From an uncultured Paludibacter sp. (GTDB taxonomy: Bacteria; Bacteroidota; Bacteroidia; Bacteroidales; Paludibacteraceae): DNA of 64,000 bases. Below are positions 10,726 to 19,881 of the stretch, one piece after another (positions within the stretch are counted from its first letter, which is position 1; each line of letters opens with the position of its first letter). The stretch lies in the NCBI GenBank assembly GCA_964634605.1, contig CAZWLJ010000005.1:27568-91567 (forward strand), written 5' to 3'. The notes under the pieces were generated by a model. The model had not been told where the DNA came from and did not search any database. It saw only the letters and a list, made by a program, of their open reading frames with translations. The translations under genes and the position numbers were made by a program.

Positions 10726-13700
10726 ATGAATAAATATATTAAAATAGCAGATATGGATTGCACGATTCTCAACAGAAAACTTGGCAGAATGACAGCTCTT
10801 GCAGCGCTTCTTTTTGTCTGGTACGGATTGATTGCACAGAATCCCGCAGATAATAGAAGTTCAATAACGGTAAAAGGTGTGGTAGTGGATTCGCACACAA
10901 AAAATCCGGTAAGTGCCGCTCAGATTTCAGACCTCGACAATAAAGCATCGGCTGTAACTGACGATAAGGGCAATTTTTCTATACAGTTGCCATCTTTGAA
11001 CAGTATTCTGAAGGTTGTTGCCTACGATTATACGCCTACGGAAGTATCGCTCAGGGGAAGAGATTATCTGGAGATCGAATTGTTTTCGGACAAATTTTCA
11101 AACTACTTTCAGAATATCAACACACTGACAGGTGAAAAAAGAAAATCGGCGGTGGTTTCATCGGTGAAGTCAACCGGACAAACCGATAATTCAAATGCTA
11201 TGACCGCCGACGAACTGCTCCAATACGAACTCAGCGGAGATGTCAGGGGAATTACCCGCAGCGGATTAACCGGTACAGGTGCTTCTCTCTTTATCAGAGG
11301 AATTAACTCGCTGAATGCCAACGCTCAGCCTTTGTTCATTGTGGATGGTGTGATATGGAATAGCTTGTATGATGCTACTTCTGTTCATCAGGGCTTTTTC
11401 TCCAATACGCTCGATAATATTGATATAGGTGATATCGAAAGTATATCGGTGCTTAAAGATGGTACATCGGTATATGGCAGCAAAGCATCCAACGGTGTGA
11501 TCATTGTCAAAACAAAAAGGGGGACCTCTCCTGTTACTAAAATCAATGTAAGCGCCCTTGCCGGATATATCACAAGTCCGTCGAAATTTCCCATGATGAA
11601 AGGGGATGAATTCAGGATTTATGCAAGTGACCTGCTGAAAACTCAGGGATTCGACTGGAATTCCGGTTCGTCCCGTTTCCAGTTCCTCGGAGCCGATCCG
11701 TCTGATCCGATGATTTACTACATGTACCGTAACAATACCGACTGGTCAAAGGAAGTTTACCAGAACGGGAATGTGAACAGTTACAATATCAACGTTACCG
11801 GAGGTGATGATAAAGCACTGTATTATTTTTCGTTAGGATATACAGGCAACAAAGGAGTAGTAAAAACCACCAGTTTCCAGCGAATCAATTCACGTTTTAA
11901 TGCCGATCTGACTTTCAGCAAGTACATCATGGCGGGATTGAATGTAGGTTTCAGCCGGATAGAGCGAAGTCTGCTCGACGACGGGATTAACCGGTATTCA
12001 TCACCTGTATGGATGAGCAAAATCAAATCACCCATCCTGAATCCATACAATTATACTTCTTCAGGCGAACTGGCTAAGGACTACGCCAGAACTGACAGTT
12101 TCGATGTCGGAAATCCCGCTGCTTATATTCAGAACTCAATCAACAACCATAAAAAATTCAGACTCAACATCGGGTTCATGCCCAAAGTGCGCATCACGCC
12201 CGAACTTACGCTGAGTACCATGTTCGACTATAATCTTGACAAGTCAGTGGAAAGAAGATTTGTACCCCTGTTTTACAAACCTGTTCGGGTAATCCCCAAT
12301 ATGGGAATTTCATACAATGAAATTAACAGCCAGGTAATGCGCAATACCGGAATTTTCGACGATTCGAGACTTACCTACGTGAAAGATTTCAACAGAATTC
12401 ACCACATCAGCGCCCTGCTGGGCTGGCGGTTTTCAAGCAATTATTATGAATCTGATTACATCGAAGAACATAATACCGGGCAAAATAACAATACCACAAT
12501 CGTTGGAAACCGCGATTTCTTTCAGGTAAAAGGGTTGAATAACCGGACCAAATCGATATCCAATTATGCCAGCGTGGATTATAATTTACACAACAGGTAT
12601 TTTGTTTCGCTCACAGCTGCCATGGATGCATCTTCACGTTTCGGCAACGAAACGAAAGGCGGCATAAGCCTTCTGGGAAAAAGCTGGGGAGTTTTCCCTT
12701 CGGTAAATGTTTCATGGACAGCCTCTGCCGAGTCGTTCATGCAGTCGCTTGATTTTATCAGTTTTCTGAAGCTGAAAGCCGGATACGGCGTAACCGGCAA
12801 CGATGGAATTCTGGATAATGACGCCCTGGCTTATTTTGCCTTTATGCGATTTCTTGGTAAGGCAAACGGCCTGGTAATAGCCAACCTCGAAAATCCGGCT
12901 CTGAAATGGGAAACCACCCGCAGAGCAAATATCGGAATCGATTTGACACTGTTCAACAGGCTCACAGCCACGTTCGATTATTTTTTAAGCAATACTTCTG
13001 ATCTTTTGGTAATCAAAGACTTACCCTATGTGTCGGGGCTGAATAAATACTGGACCAATGATGGTACACTTAAAAATAACGGATTCGAAGCTTCGCTCAA
13101 CTGGCGTGCGCTGAATCTGAAAAATCTGAAATGGGAAATTGGCGCTACTGTAGGGCATTATAAAAACGAAATCACTTCGTTGCCCGGAGGGGAATACCTG
13201 ACTTCGGTGTACGACGGCCAGGTAATTACAGCTGTCGGAAATCCGGCCGGATCATTCTGGGGGTATAAAACCAAAGGAGTCTTTGCCAGACAATCGGATG
13301 CCGAAACAGCCGGTTTACACATACAAAACGCGGATGGAACATTTACTTATTTTGGCGCGGGCGACATGATCTTTGACGACCCGGACGGTAACAAGCTGAT
13401 AAACGAACTTGACAAACAGGTGATAGGAAATCCCAATCCCGATTATTACGGTAATATTACCAGTAAAATTTCTTTCAAACGGTTTGCACTCAACACGATA
13501 TTTACTTATTCCTACGGAAATGATGTGTATAATTATCAGCGAAGCAAACTTGAATCCGGATCTGACTTCAGTAACCAGACTTCAGCAATGCTGCGCCGGT
13601 GGATTTTCGAAGGACAGAATACCGATATCCCGAAATCGTATTATGCCGATCCGATGGGTAATTCACGCTTTTCCGACCGCTGGATTGAAGATGGTTCTTA

Positions 13701-13926
13701 TCTGAAACTAAAAACATTAACACTCTCATACGAGCTGCCGGTAAAAAGTAATTTCATCGAAGGTATTCAATTCTGGATTTCTGCCAATAATCTTGTTACT
13801 TTTACCAGTTATTTAGGGCTCGATCCGGAATCATCGTCAATGAACTCTGTTTATTATCAGGGCATCGATGCCGGACTTATTCCTTCAACAAAAAGCTACT
13901 ATGCCGGTGTTAAATTCAACTTATAA
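10726..13926 (+). CDS. susC: SusC/RagA-family TonB-linked outer membrane transporter (second copy)
   Basis: 1066 aa. It has a carboxypeptidase-regulatory-like segment (ITVKGVVVDSHTKNPVSAAQI), a plug (LFIRGINSLNANAQPLFIVDGV) and a barrel ending YYAGVKFNL. An alternative start is at 10789 (MTALAALLF). Confidence 0.92.
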   Translation: MNKYIKIADMDCTILNRKLGRMTALAALLFVWYGLIAQNPADNRSSITVKGVVVDSHTKNPVSAAQISDLDNKASAVTDDKGNFSIQLPSLNSILKVVAYDYTPTEVSLRGRDYLEIELFSDKFSNYFQNINTLTGEKRKSAVVSSVKSTGQTDNSNAMTADELLQYELSGDVRGITRSGLTGTGASLFIRGINSLNANAQPLFIVDGVIWNSLYDATSVHQGFFSNTLDNIDIGDIESISVLKDGTSVYGSKASNGVIIVKTKRGTSPVTKINVSALAGYITSPSKFPMMKGDEFRIYASDLLKTQGFDWNSGSSRFQFLGADPSDPMIYYMYRNNTDWSKEVYQNGNVNSYNINVTGGDDKALYYFSLGYTGNKGVVKTTSFQRINSRFNADLTFSKYIMAGLNVGFSRIERSLLDDGINRYSSPVWMSKIKSPILNPYNYTSSGELAKDYARTDSFDVGNPAAYIQNSINNHKKFRLNIGFMPKVRITPELTLSTMFDYNLDKSVERRFVPLFYKPVRVIPNMGISYNEINSQVMRNTGIFDDSRLTYVKDFNRIHHISALLGWRFSSNYYESDYIEEHNTGQNNNTTIVGNRDFFQVKGLNNRTKSISNYASVDYNLHNRYFVSLTAAMDASSRFGNETKGGISLLGKSWGVFPSVNVSWTASAESFMQSLDFISFLKLKAGYGVTGNDGILDNDALAYFAFMRFLGKANGLVIANLENPALKWETTRRANIGIDLTLFNRLTATFDYFLSNTSDLLVIKDLPYVSGLNKYWTNDGTLKNNGFEASLNWRALNLKNLKWEIGATVGHYKNEITSLPGGEYLTSVYDGQVITAVGNPAGSFWGYKTKGVFARQSDAETAGLHIQNADGTFTYFGAGDMIFDDPDGNKLINELDKQVIGNPNPDYYGNITSKISFKRFALNTIFTYSYGNDVYNYQRSKLESGSDFSNQTSAMLRRWIFEGQNTDIPKSYYADPMGNSRFSDRWIEDGSYLKLKTLTLSYELPVKSNFIEGIQFWISANNLVTFTSYLGLDPESSSMNSVYYQGIDAGLIPSTKSYYAGVKFNL

Positions 13927-13939
13927 AAATTAGTATGTT

Positions 13940-15613
13940 ATGAAAAATATAGTAAAGAGTATACTAACAATGCTGATCGTCGGTAATATTGTTATCGGAT
14001 GCGATAAAATGCTAGACGTTGACTCCGAACGGGTAGTCTTTCCTGATGAATTTAACATGACTGCCAGAAATGACTCGCTCTATTCCATGTTCGGATTGTT
14101 TTCGCAATTGCAGAATATTGTTAACAGCTATGTTTTGCTCGGAGAACTCCGGGGCGATCTGATGGATGCCGACACTAAAGCTAATCTGTATCTGAAAGAG
14201 ATTAATAATTTTGAAGTGTCGCCCGGGAATCCCTATGCTGCTAACATTCACGACTATTATTCAGTGATAAATAACAGCAACTACATCATATCCAAAATAG
14301 CCGAAGCCCCATTTAAAGGAAGCGAAAAATTTACTGCCGCCTGTAAAGCTATCAGAGCCTGGACCTATATGCAGATTGCCCTCAATTTTGGCTCGGCAGT
14401 GTATTACGACGAACCTGTACTTTCCGTTTCACAGGCCGGGGCCATTCAAGCCGAAAAGCCGTTGAGTTTCGAGCAACTCGCGCCGATTCTAATTGAAGAA
14501 CTTACTCCCATAAGAGATGTGTTGAGTCCGAATTTTGATTTCACCATTAACAGCCACAGCTTAACATACTCATTTTTTCCTGTTAAATTTATCCTGGGCG
14601 ACTTGTATCTTTGGACTGGTCAGTACACCAATGCAGCCCGGGAATACAAAGACCTGATCGACGAAAACAGTTACACAATTCTGAACAACCGATACGAAAC
14701 AAACCGCAATGTGATAAATAATGGATTCTCCGGTGGCTTCACAATGTATGGAGGCGGTTGGTTTGGTCTCTTTTCCACCGGTTCAGCCGAATATATTACC
14801 AACATAGCAACAACCAACGAATATAGTTATAAATTTCATCTGGACAGCCTGATTCTTAATGCAGAACTTATCTCGTCTGAAGTAGCTCAGAATAAGTGGA
14901 GAAATCAAATGTATTATCAGTCTGCCACACTCGATACACTGGGTGATATGAGAATAATCGGATCGGTTTCAAAACAAAAACCCGAAAGAACAACTTCAGG
15001 ATCAGGTACTGTGCTGAATTATAATCTGAATGATTTCTCGGATATGAAATACATTACAAAGTATGCTCAGATGAATTTGCTCACCACATCTGCAAAAAAC
15101 ACAAGCAAAATCATCATGATCTACAGAGTGGGGCTGCTGTACCTGAGATATGCCGAAGCTGTGAACAGGGCAGGTAACCCTAACATGGCATTTGCAGTAC
15201 TTAAACACGGACTTAGCGCTGCCACTCTCAATAATAAAAAGATCATACCGTACAACGAGGTCGATTCTGTCGATGTACCTGATTATCTCGACTTCAGAGA
15301 CCGGAAGTTTGATAATAATATAGGAATCAGAATGAGAGGTTTGGGCAATGTAAATCTGGATACAACATACTATATAATTCCCCGTTTGCCGGGATTAAAC
15401 GACTCTGTGGAATATGTCGAAGATAAAATTCAGGAAGAACTGGCGCTCGAAACAGCTTTTGAAGGAAATCGCTTTCAGGATCTCATGCGGTTTGCCATAC
15501 GAAGAAACGACAATGCCTATCTGGCTGATAAAGTAGCGGCTAAACACACTTCAAACAGGGAAACAATCAGAGACAAACTGATGACCAGGCAAAACTGGTT
15601 TATAAGAAAATAA
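13940..15613 (+). CDS. susD: SusD/RagB-family nutrient-binding lipoprotein (second copy)
   Basis: 557 aa with a lipobox (NIVIGC, then DKMLD) and the C-terminal motif GNRFQDLMRFAIRR. It starts 13 nt after the second SusC-like gene. Confidence 0.88.
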   Translation: MKNIVKSILTMLIVGNIVIGCDKMLDVDSERVVFPDEFNMTARNDSLYSMFGLFSQLQNIVNSYVLLGELRGDLMDADTKANLYLKEINNFEVSPGNPYAANIHDYYSVINNSNYIISKIAEAPFKGSEKFTAACKAIRAWTYMQIALNFGSAVYYDEPVLSVSQAGAIQAEKPLSFEQLAPILIEELTPIRDVLSPNFDFTINSHSLTYSFFPVKFILGDLYLWTGQYTNAAREYKDLIDENSYTILNNRYETNRNVINNGFSGGFTMYGGGWFGLFSTGSAEYITNIATTNEYSYKFHLDSLILNAELISSEVAQNKWRNQMYYQSATLDTLGDMRIIGSVSKQKPERTTSGSGTVLNYNLNDFSDMKYITKYAQMNLLTTSAKNTSKIIMIYRVGLLYLRYAEAVNRAGNPNMAFAVLKHGLSAATLNNKKIIPYNEVDSVDVPDYLDFRDRKFDNNIGIRMRGLGNVNLDTTYYIIPRLPGLNDSVEYVEDKIQEELALETAFEGNRFQDLMRFAIRRNDNAYLADKVAAKHTSNRETIRDKLMTRQNWFIRK

Positions 15614-15636
15614 TAATACTTCGGGGCATCAGCAGT

Positions 15637-15667
15637 AGAGGGGAGCATGGCAAACATGATCCCCTCT
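15637..15667 (+). terminator. Stem-loop after the PUL operon
   Basis: AGAGGGGA-N15-TCCCCTCT, where the N15 contains a further CATG/CATG pairing. It lies 24 nt after the SusD stop. The T tract after it is weak (TTTAGGTTT). Confidence 0.4.
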
Positions 15668-15795
15668 TTAGGTTTAACCTTATAGTATTATCAAGACGAA
15701 AGGCAAACTCTTTTTTAACACAAAATTCAGTCTATAAGGATAAATATGTGTTGTAAAACATAGTGAAATAAAATTGTTTTCATGAATATTATTAA

Positions 15796-15803
15796 TATAT
15801 TTG
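15796..15803 (+). promoter_or_regulatory. Bacteroidota-type -7 box TATATTTG (consensus TAnnTTTG) for the ara operon
   Basis: Exact match to TAnnTTTG, 58 nt upstream of the araD ATG. A TTG lies about 20 nt upstream of it (15774-15776). Confidence 0.45.
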
Positions 15804-15813
15804 CCACGAACTA

Positions 15814-15834
15814 TAAGTGTAAAATATACACTTA
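15814..15834. promoter_or_regulatory. Perfect 21-bp palindrome TAAGTGTA-AAATA-TACACTTA, candidate operator
   Basis: The 8-bp arms are exact reverse complements with a 5-bp spacer. It starts 11 nt after the -7 box, at or just past the predicted transcription start. Confidence 0.4.
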
Positions 15835-15860
15835 ATAAATAATAAAATAAACTTATTCAG

Positions 15861-16544
15861 ATGCTGGAATCATTAAAGAAAACTGTTTTTCAAGCCAATC
15901 TAGAGTTGGTAAAACACGGATTGGTTATCTTCACCTGGGGAAATGTAAGTGCAATCGACCGTGACTCAAATCTGGTTGTCATCAAACCATCCGGAGTTTC
16001 GTATGACGAGATGAAACCTGAACACATGGTTGTGGTAGACCTGGATGGCAATATAGTGGAAGGAAGCTACAAACCATCTTCCGATACTGCTACTCATGTG
16101 GCTCTGTATAAGGCATTTCCCAATATTGGTGGAGTCGTGCATACTCATTCCACTTACGCAACATCATGGGCGCAAGCCGGTCTTGACATTCCGAATATCG
16201 GAACAACCCATTCCGATTATTTCAGTGAGGCAATCCCCTGTACCCGCGATATGACACAGAACGAAGTGGAAGGCGAATACGAAAAGGATACCGGAACTGT
16301 AATCATCGAAAGTTTCAGGAATATCAATCCGGATTATGTGCCCGGTGTATTGGTAAAGAATCATGGTCCTTTCAGCTGGGGGAAAAATGCCGCTGATGCC
16401 GTACACAACGCTGTGGTGATGGAACAGGTAGCCAAAATGGCATACATTGCATACGGACTGAATCCGAACCTGACAATGAACGAAAACCTGATAAAAAAGC
16501 ATTTTTTCCGCAAACACGGACCAAATGCATATTACGGACAATAA
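15861..16544 (+). CDS. araD: L-ribulose-5-phosphate 4-epimerase
   Basis: 227 aa class II aldolase/epimerase ([26 protein letters not shown]). It is followed by araA and araB. Confidence 0.95.
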   Translation: MLESLKKTVFQANLELVKHGLVIFTWGNVSAIDRDSNLVVIKPSGVSYDEMKPEHMVVVDLDGNIVEGSYKPSSDTATHVALYKAFPNIGGVVHTHSTYATSWAQAGLDIPNIGTTHSDYFSEAIPCTRDMTQNEVEGEYEKDTGTVIIESFRNINPDYVPGVLVKNHGPFSWGKNAADAVHNAVVMEQVAKMAYIAYGLNPNLTMNENLIKKHFFRKHGPNAYYGQ

Positions 16545-16574
16545 AAAATCAAAAGAAACAATATTATCAACCTT

Positions 16575-16603
16575 CCCTGATGATGAATTAAAACATATCA
16601 GGG
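16575..16603 (+). other. Intercistronic stem-loop between araD and araA
   Basis: CCCTGAT-N15-ATCAGGG sits in the 77-nt spacer and is followed by an A/T run. Confidence 0.5.
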
Positions 16604-16621
16604 CCAAAAAATTTTAAGAAA

Positions 16622-18127
16622 ATGATTAATTACAATGACTTCGAAGTATGGTTCGTTACCGGAGCTCAGCTTCTTTATGGTGGCGATGCGGTGGTGCAGG
16701 TGGATGCACACTCAACCGAAATGGTAAAAGGACTGAATGAACTGGGAAATCTCCCGGTAAAAGTGGTTTATAAAGGAACAGCAAATTCATCGGCTGAAAT
16801 TTCAGAAATTTTCAGGGCAGCAAACGGTGATACGAAATGTGTGGGTGTAATCACCTGGATGCATACTTTCTCACCTGCTAAAATGTGGATTCATGGATTG
16901 ATGGATTTCAAAAAACCGCTCCTTCACCTCCACACCCAGTACAACGAGAAAATCCCATGGGATACCATTGATATGGACTTCATGAACCTCAACCAAAGCG
17001 CTCACGGCGACCGCGAATTTGGATTTATCACCGCACGGTTGCGCAAACCACGCAAAATTGTAGTCGGATACTGGAAAGACAAGGAAACTCACCGCAAAAT
17101 TTCTACATGGATGCGTGTATCCGTAGCATGGGCTGATGCTCAGGATATGCGGATTATCCGTTTTGGCGACAACATGAACAATGTGGCGGTAACCGATGGC
17201 GACAAAGTAGAAGCTGAAATTCGTATGGGATATCATGTGGATAATGCCCCGATTGCCAAACTCGTACCTTACGTAAATGCCGTGAAAGAGGAAGAAATTG
17301 ATGCACTGGTTACAGAATACGATAAACTCTACGACATAGCTCCTGATGCTGCCAAAGGTGGTATAAATCACGCCCATGTACGTGCTGCTGCCGCTCAGGA
17401 AATAGGTCTGCGCCGCTTCCTCGAAGAAAAAGGGGCAAAAGCATTCACAACCAGTTTTGATGAACTCGAAGGTATGGACCAGCTCATGGGATTTGCTTCT
17501 CAGCGCCTGATGCAGGACGGCTACGGATTTGGTGCTGAAGGCGACTGGAAAACAGCGGCACTCGTTCGTACCATGTGGGTAATGGGAGCAGGACTCGAAG
17601 GTGGTTGCTCATTCCTCGAAGATTATACCCTCAATTTCGAAGGAGAAAGAAGCTCGATTCTGCAGGCTCACATGCTCGAAATTAACCCCTCAATCACCAA
17701 TCAGAAACCTCAGCTCCAGGTTCATTTCCTGGGTATCGGCGATGCCGGAACCTGCGCACGACTGGTATTCCAGGCACATCAGGGACAGGGAATTGCCTGT
17801 ACGATAGTTGATATGGGAAATCGGTTCCGGATGATTGTAAATGTTGTGGATGTAATCGAAACCAACGATTTACCAAAACTTCCTGTGGCTTGCGCGTTGT
17901 GGATTCCGCAACCCAACTTCGAAGTCGGAGCAGGAGCCTGGATACAGGCCGGTGGCACTCACCACTCCAGTTTCTCGTTTGCTCTTACTAAAGAACACAT
18001 GGAAGACTTTGCCGAAATAGCTGATATGGAAATGCTCCTGATTGACAACGACACAACCATGCGTAACTTCAAGCAGGATCTTCGCAATAACGAAGTGTAC
18101 TACATGCTCAACAGAGCATTGAGATAA
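16622..18127 (+). CDS. araA: L-arabinose isomerase
   Basis: 501 aa. The N-terminus (FEVWFVTGAQLLYG) and the internal sequence SFLEDYT...HMLEI are typical of AraA. Confidence 0.97.
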   Translation: MINYNDFEVWFVTGAQLLYGGDAVVQVDAHSTEMVKGLNELGNLPVKVVYKGTANSSAEISEIFRAANGDTKCVGVITWMHTFSPAKMWIHGLMDFKKPLLHLHTQYNEKIPWDTIDMDFMNLNQSAHGDREFGFITARLRKPRKIVVGYWKDKETHRKISTWMRVSVAWADAQDMRIIRFGDNMNNVAVTDGDKVEAEIRMGYHVDNAPIAKLVPYVNAVKEEEIDALVTEYDKLYDIAPDAAKGGINHAHVRAAAAQEIGLRRFLEEKGAKAFTTSFDELEGMDQLMGFASQRLMQDGYGFGAEGDWKTAALVRTMWVMGAGLEGGCSFLEDYTLNFEGERSSILQAHMLEINPSITNQKPQLQVHFLGIGDAGTCARLVFQAHQGQGIACTIVDMGNRFRMIVNVVDVIETNDLPKLPVACALWIPQPNFEVGAGAWIQAGGTHHSSFSFALTKEHMEDFAEIADMEMLLIDNDTTMRNFKQDLRNNEVYYMLNRALR

Positions 18128-18138
18128 TAAACTTAGTC

Positions 18139-18196
18139 CACAGTTTATAGTTACCGGATTAACGGGCTATAAACTGTGAACTATAAACTATAAACT
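18139..18196 (+). repeat. 12-bp-stem hairpin plus three CTATAAACT copies just before araB
   Basis: CACAGTTTATAG (18139-18150), N16, CTATAAACTGTG (18167-18178). Further CTATAAACT copies are at 18181-18189 and 18188-18196. The araB ATG is at 18200. Confidence 0.6.
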
Positions 18197-18199
18197 ACT

Positions 18200-19870
18200 A
18201 TGAAATACGTAATAGGTTTAGACTATGGAAGTGATTCGGCCAGGGCGGTAATCATTAATGCCGAAACCGGTGAAGAATTAGCTTCCTCCGTGAAATATTA
18301 TCCGCGCTGGATGGAAGGAAAATTCTGCATCCCGGCCGCCAACCAGTATCGCCAGCATCCTCAGGACTACATCGATGTACTCGAATTTACGGTAAAAGAT
18401 GCACTGGCTAAATGTCCTGCGGGCACAGCCGGACAGGTAGTGGGCATTGCATTCGATACTACCGGCAGCACACCGGTATTTACCGATAAAAATGGTACTC
18501 CGCTTTCCATGCTTCCTGAGTTTGCCGAAAATCCCAATGCCATGTTTGTGCTTTGGAAAGACCATACAGCTATCAGAGAGGCAAATGAAATCAACGAACT
18601 GGCCCGTAAATGGGATATTGATTATACGTCGTACGAAGGAGGAATCTATTCATCCGAATGGTTCTGGGCTAAAGCATTGCATGTGCTTCGCGAAGACGAG
18701 CAGGTACGTGAGGCTGCATATTCCATTGTAGAACATTGCGACTGGATGCCAGCCTTGCTCACCGGAGTATCCACACCCGAAAAAATGTACCGCAGCCGTT
18801 GTGCATCGGGGCATAAAGCCATGTGGCTTGAAGAGTGGGGCGGTCTGCCTTCCGAAGAATTTCTGACAGCACTTGACCCTGTATTGGCTGGTTTTCGCAA
18901 CCGTTTGTTCACCGAAACCTGCTCAAGTGATATGAAAGTGGGTAATCTTACACCTGAATGGGCTGAAAGACTCGGACTTACTACATCTGTGGCAGTAGCT
19001 GTAGGCGCTTTCGATGCTCATATGGGTGCCGTTGGAGCTGAAATTAAACCCGGAGCGCTGGTACGTATCATAGGTACCTCCACGTGCGACATTATGGTAT
19101 CCGACTACGATACCATGGGCGACAAACTGATACCCGGCATTTGCGGTCAGGTGGATGGTTCGGTTATTCCCGGAATGGTAGGTCTGGAAGCCGGTCAATC
19201 GGCTTTCGGCGATATCTATGCCTGGTTCAAAAGGGTTGTGGCATGGCCTGTTGAGAATATTCTGGCAAAATCAACACTCATTGACGAGGATACCAAACAG
19301 AAACTGATTGATGAAACACTGGATCAGATTATCCCCGTTTTATCTGAAGAAGCCATGAAAATACCGGTTACGGAATCGACCGTACTGGCTACCGACTGGA
19401 TGAACGGCCGACGGACACCCGATGCCAACCAGATGCTGAAAGGGACCATCACCGGACTGACTCTGGCGAGCTCTGCACCGCTTATTTTCAGAGCGCTTGT
19501 GGAAGCCACGGCTTTCGGATCGAAGGCGATTGTTGATCGTTTCAGGGAAAACGGAGTGGTGATAAATGAAGTGATTGGAATCGGTGGAATAGCACTTAAA
19601 TCGCCCTTCGTGATGCAGGTGATGGCAGATGTGCTTGGAATGCCCATCAAAGTGGCCAAATCAGATCAGGCATGCGCATTCGGAGCTTCCATGTTTGCAG
19701 CAGTGGCAGCCGGAGTTTACAGTAAGGTGGAAGATGCCCAGAACGCAATGGGAATGGGATTCTCTTCGGAATATCAGCCCGACATGAACAACCACCTGTT
19801 GTATCTCGAAATGTACAGACAGTATGCAGCAATAGGTAAATTTACTGAAGATAATTTGTTTAACAAATAA
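18200..19870 (+). CDS. araB: Ribulokinase (FGGY family)
   Basis: 556 aa with the FGGY N-terminus YVIGLDYGSDSARAV. The length and gene context match AraB. Confidence 0.95.
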   Translation: MKYVIGLDYGSDSARAVIINAETGEELASSVKYYPRWMEGKFCIPAANQYRQHPQDYIDVLEFTVKDALAKCPAGTAGQVVGIAFDTTGSTPVFTDKNGTPLSMLPEFAENPNAMFVLWKDHTAIREANEINELARKWDIDYTSYEGGIYSSEWFWAKALHVLREDEQVREAAYSIVEHCDWMPALLTGVSTPEKMYRSRCASGHKAMWLEEWGGLPSEEFLTALDPVLAGFRNRLFTETCSSDMKVGNLTPEWAERLGLTTSVAVAVGAFDAHMGAVGAEIKPGALVRIIGTSTCDIMVSDYDTMGDKLIPGICGQVDGSVIPGMVGLEAGQSAFGDIYAWFKRVVAWPVENILAKSTLIDEDTKQKLIDETLDQIIPVLSEEAMKIPVTESTVLATDWMNGRRTPDANQMLKGTITGLTLASSAPLIFRALVEATAFGSKAIVDRFRENGVVINEVIGIGGIALKSPFVMQVMADVLGMPIKVAKSDQACAFGASMFAAVAAGVYSKVEDAQNAMGMGFSSEYQPDMNNHLLYLEMYRQYAAIGKFTEDNLFNK

Positions 19871-19881
19871 AGAAGAATACT

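Noticed and set aside
15637-15667. The hairpin after the PUL as a fourth member of the C-run palindromic unit family
   Set aside because: It shares only a CCCCTCTTTAGG-like fragment with the family. It does not align over the full 21-nt unit and has no inverted partner.
16871-17377. 168-aa antisense ORF inside araA. The same applies to 50-532, 8625-9119, 43003-43464, 43707-44195 and the other 60-160-aa ORFs nested in larger genes.
   Set aside because: All are embedded in confidently assigned genes on the opposite strand or in another frame, and none has supporting features.
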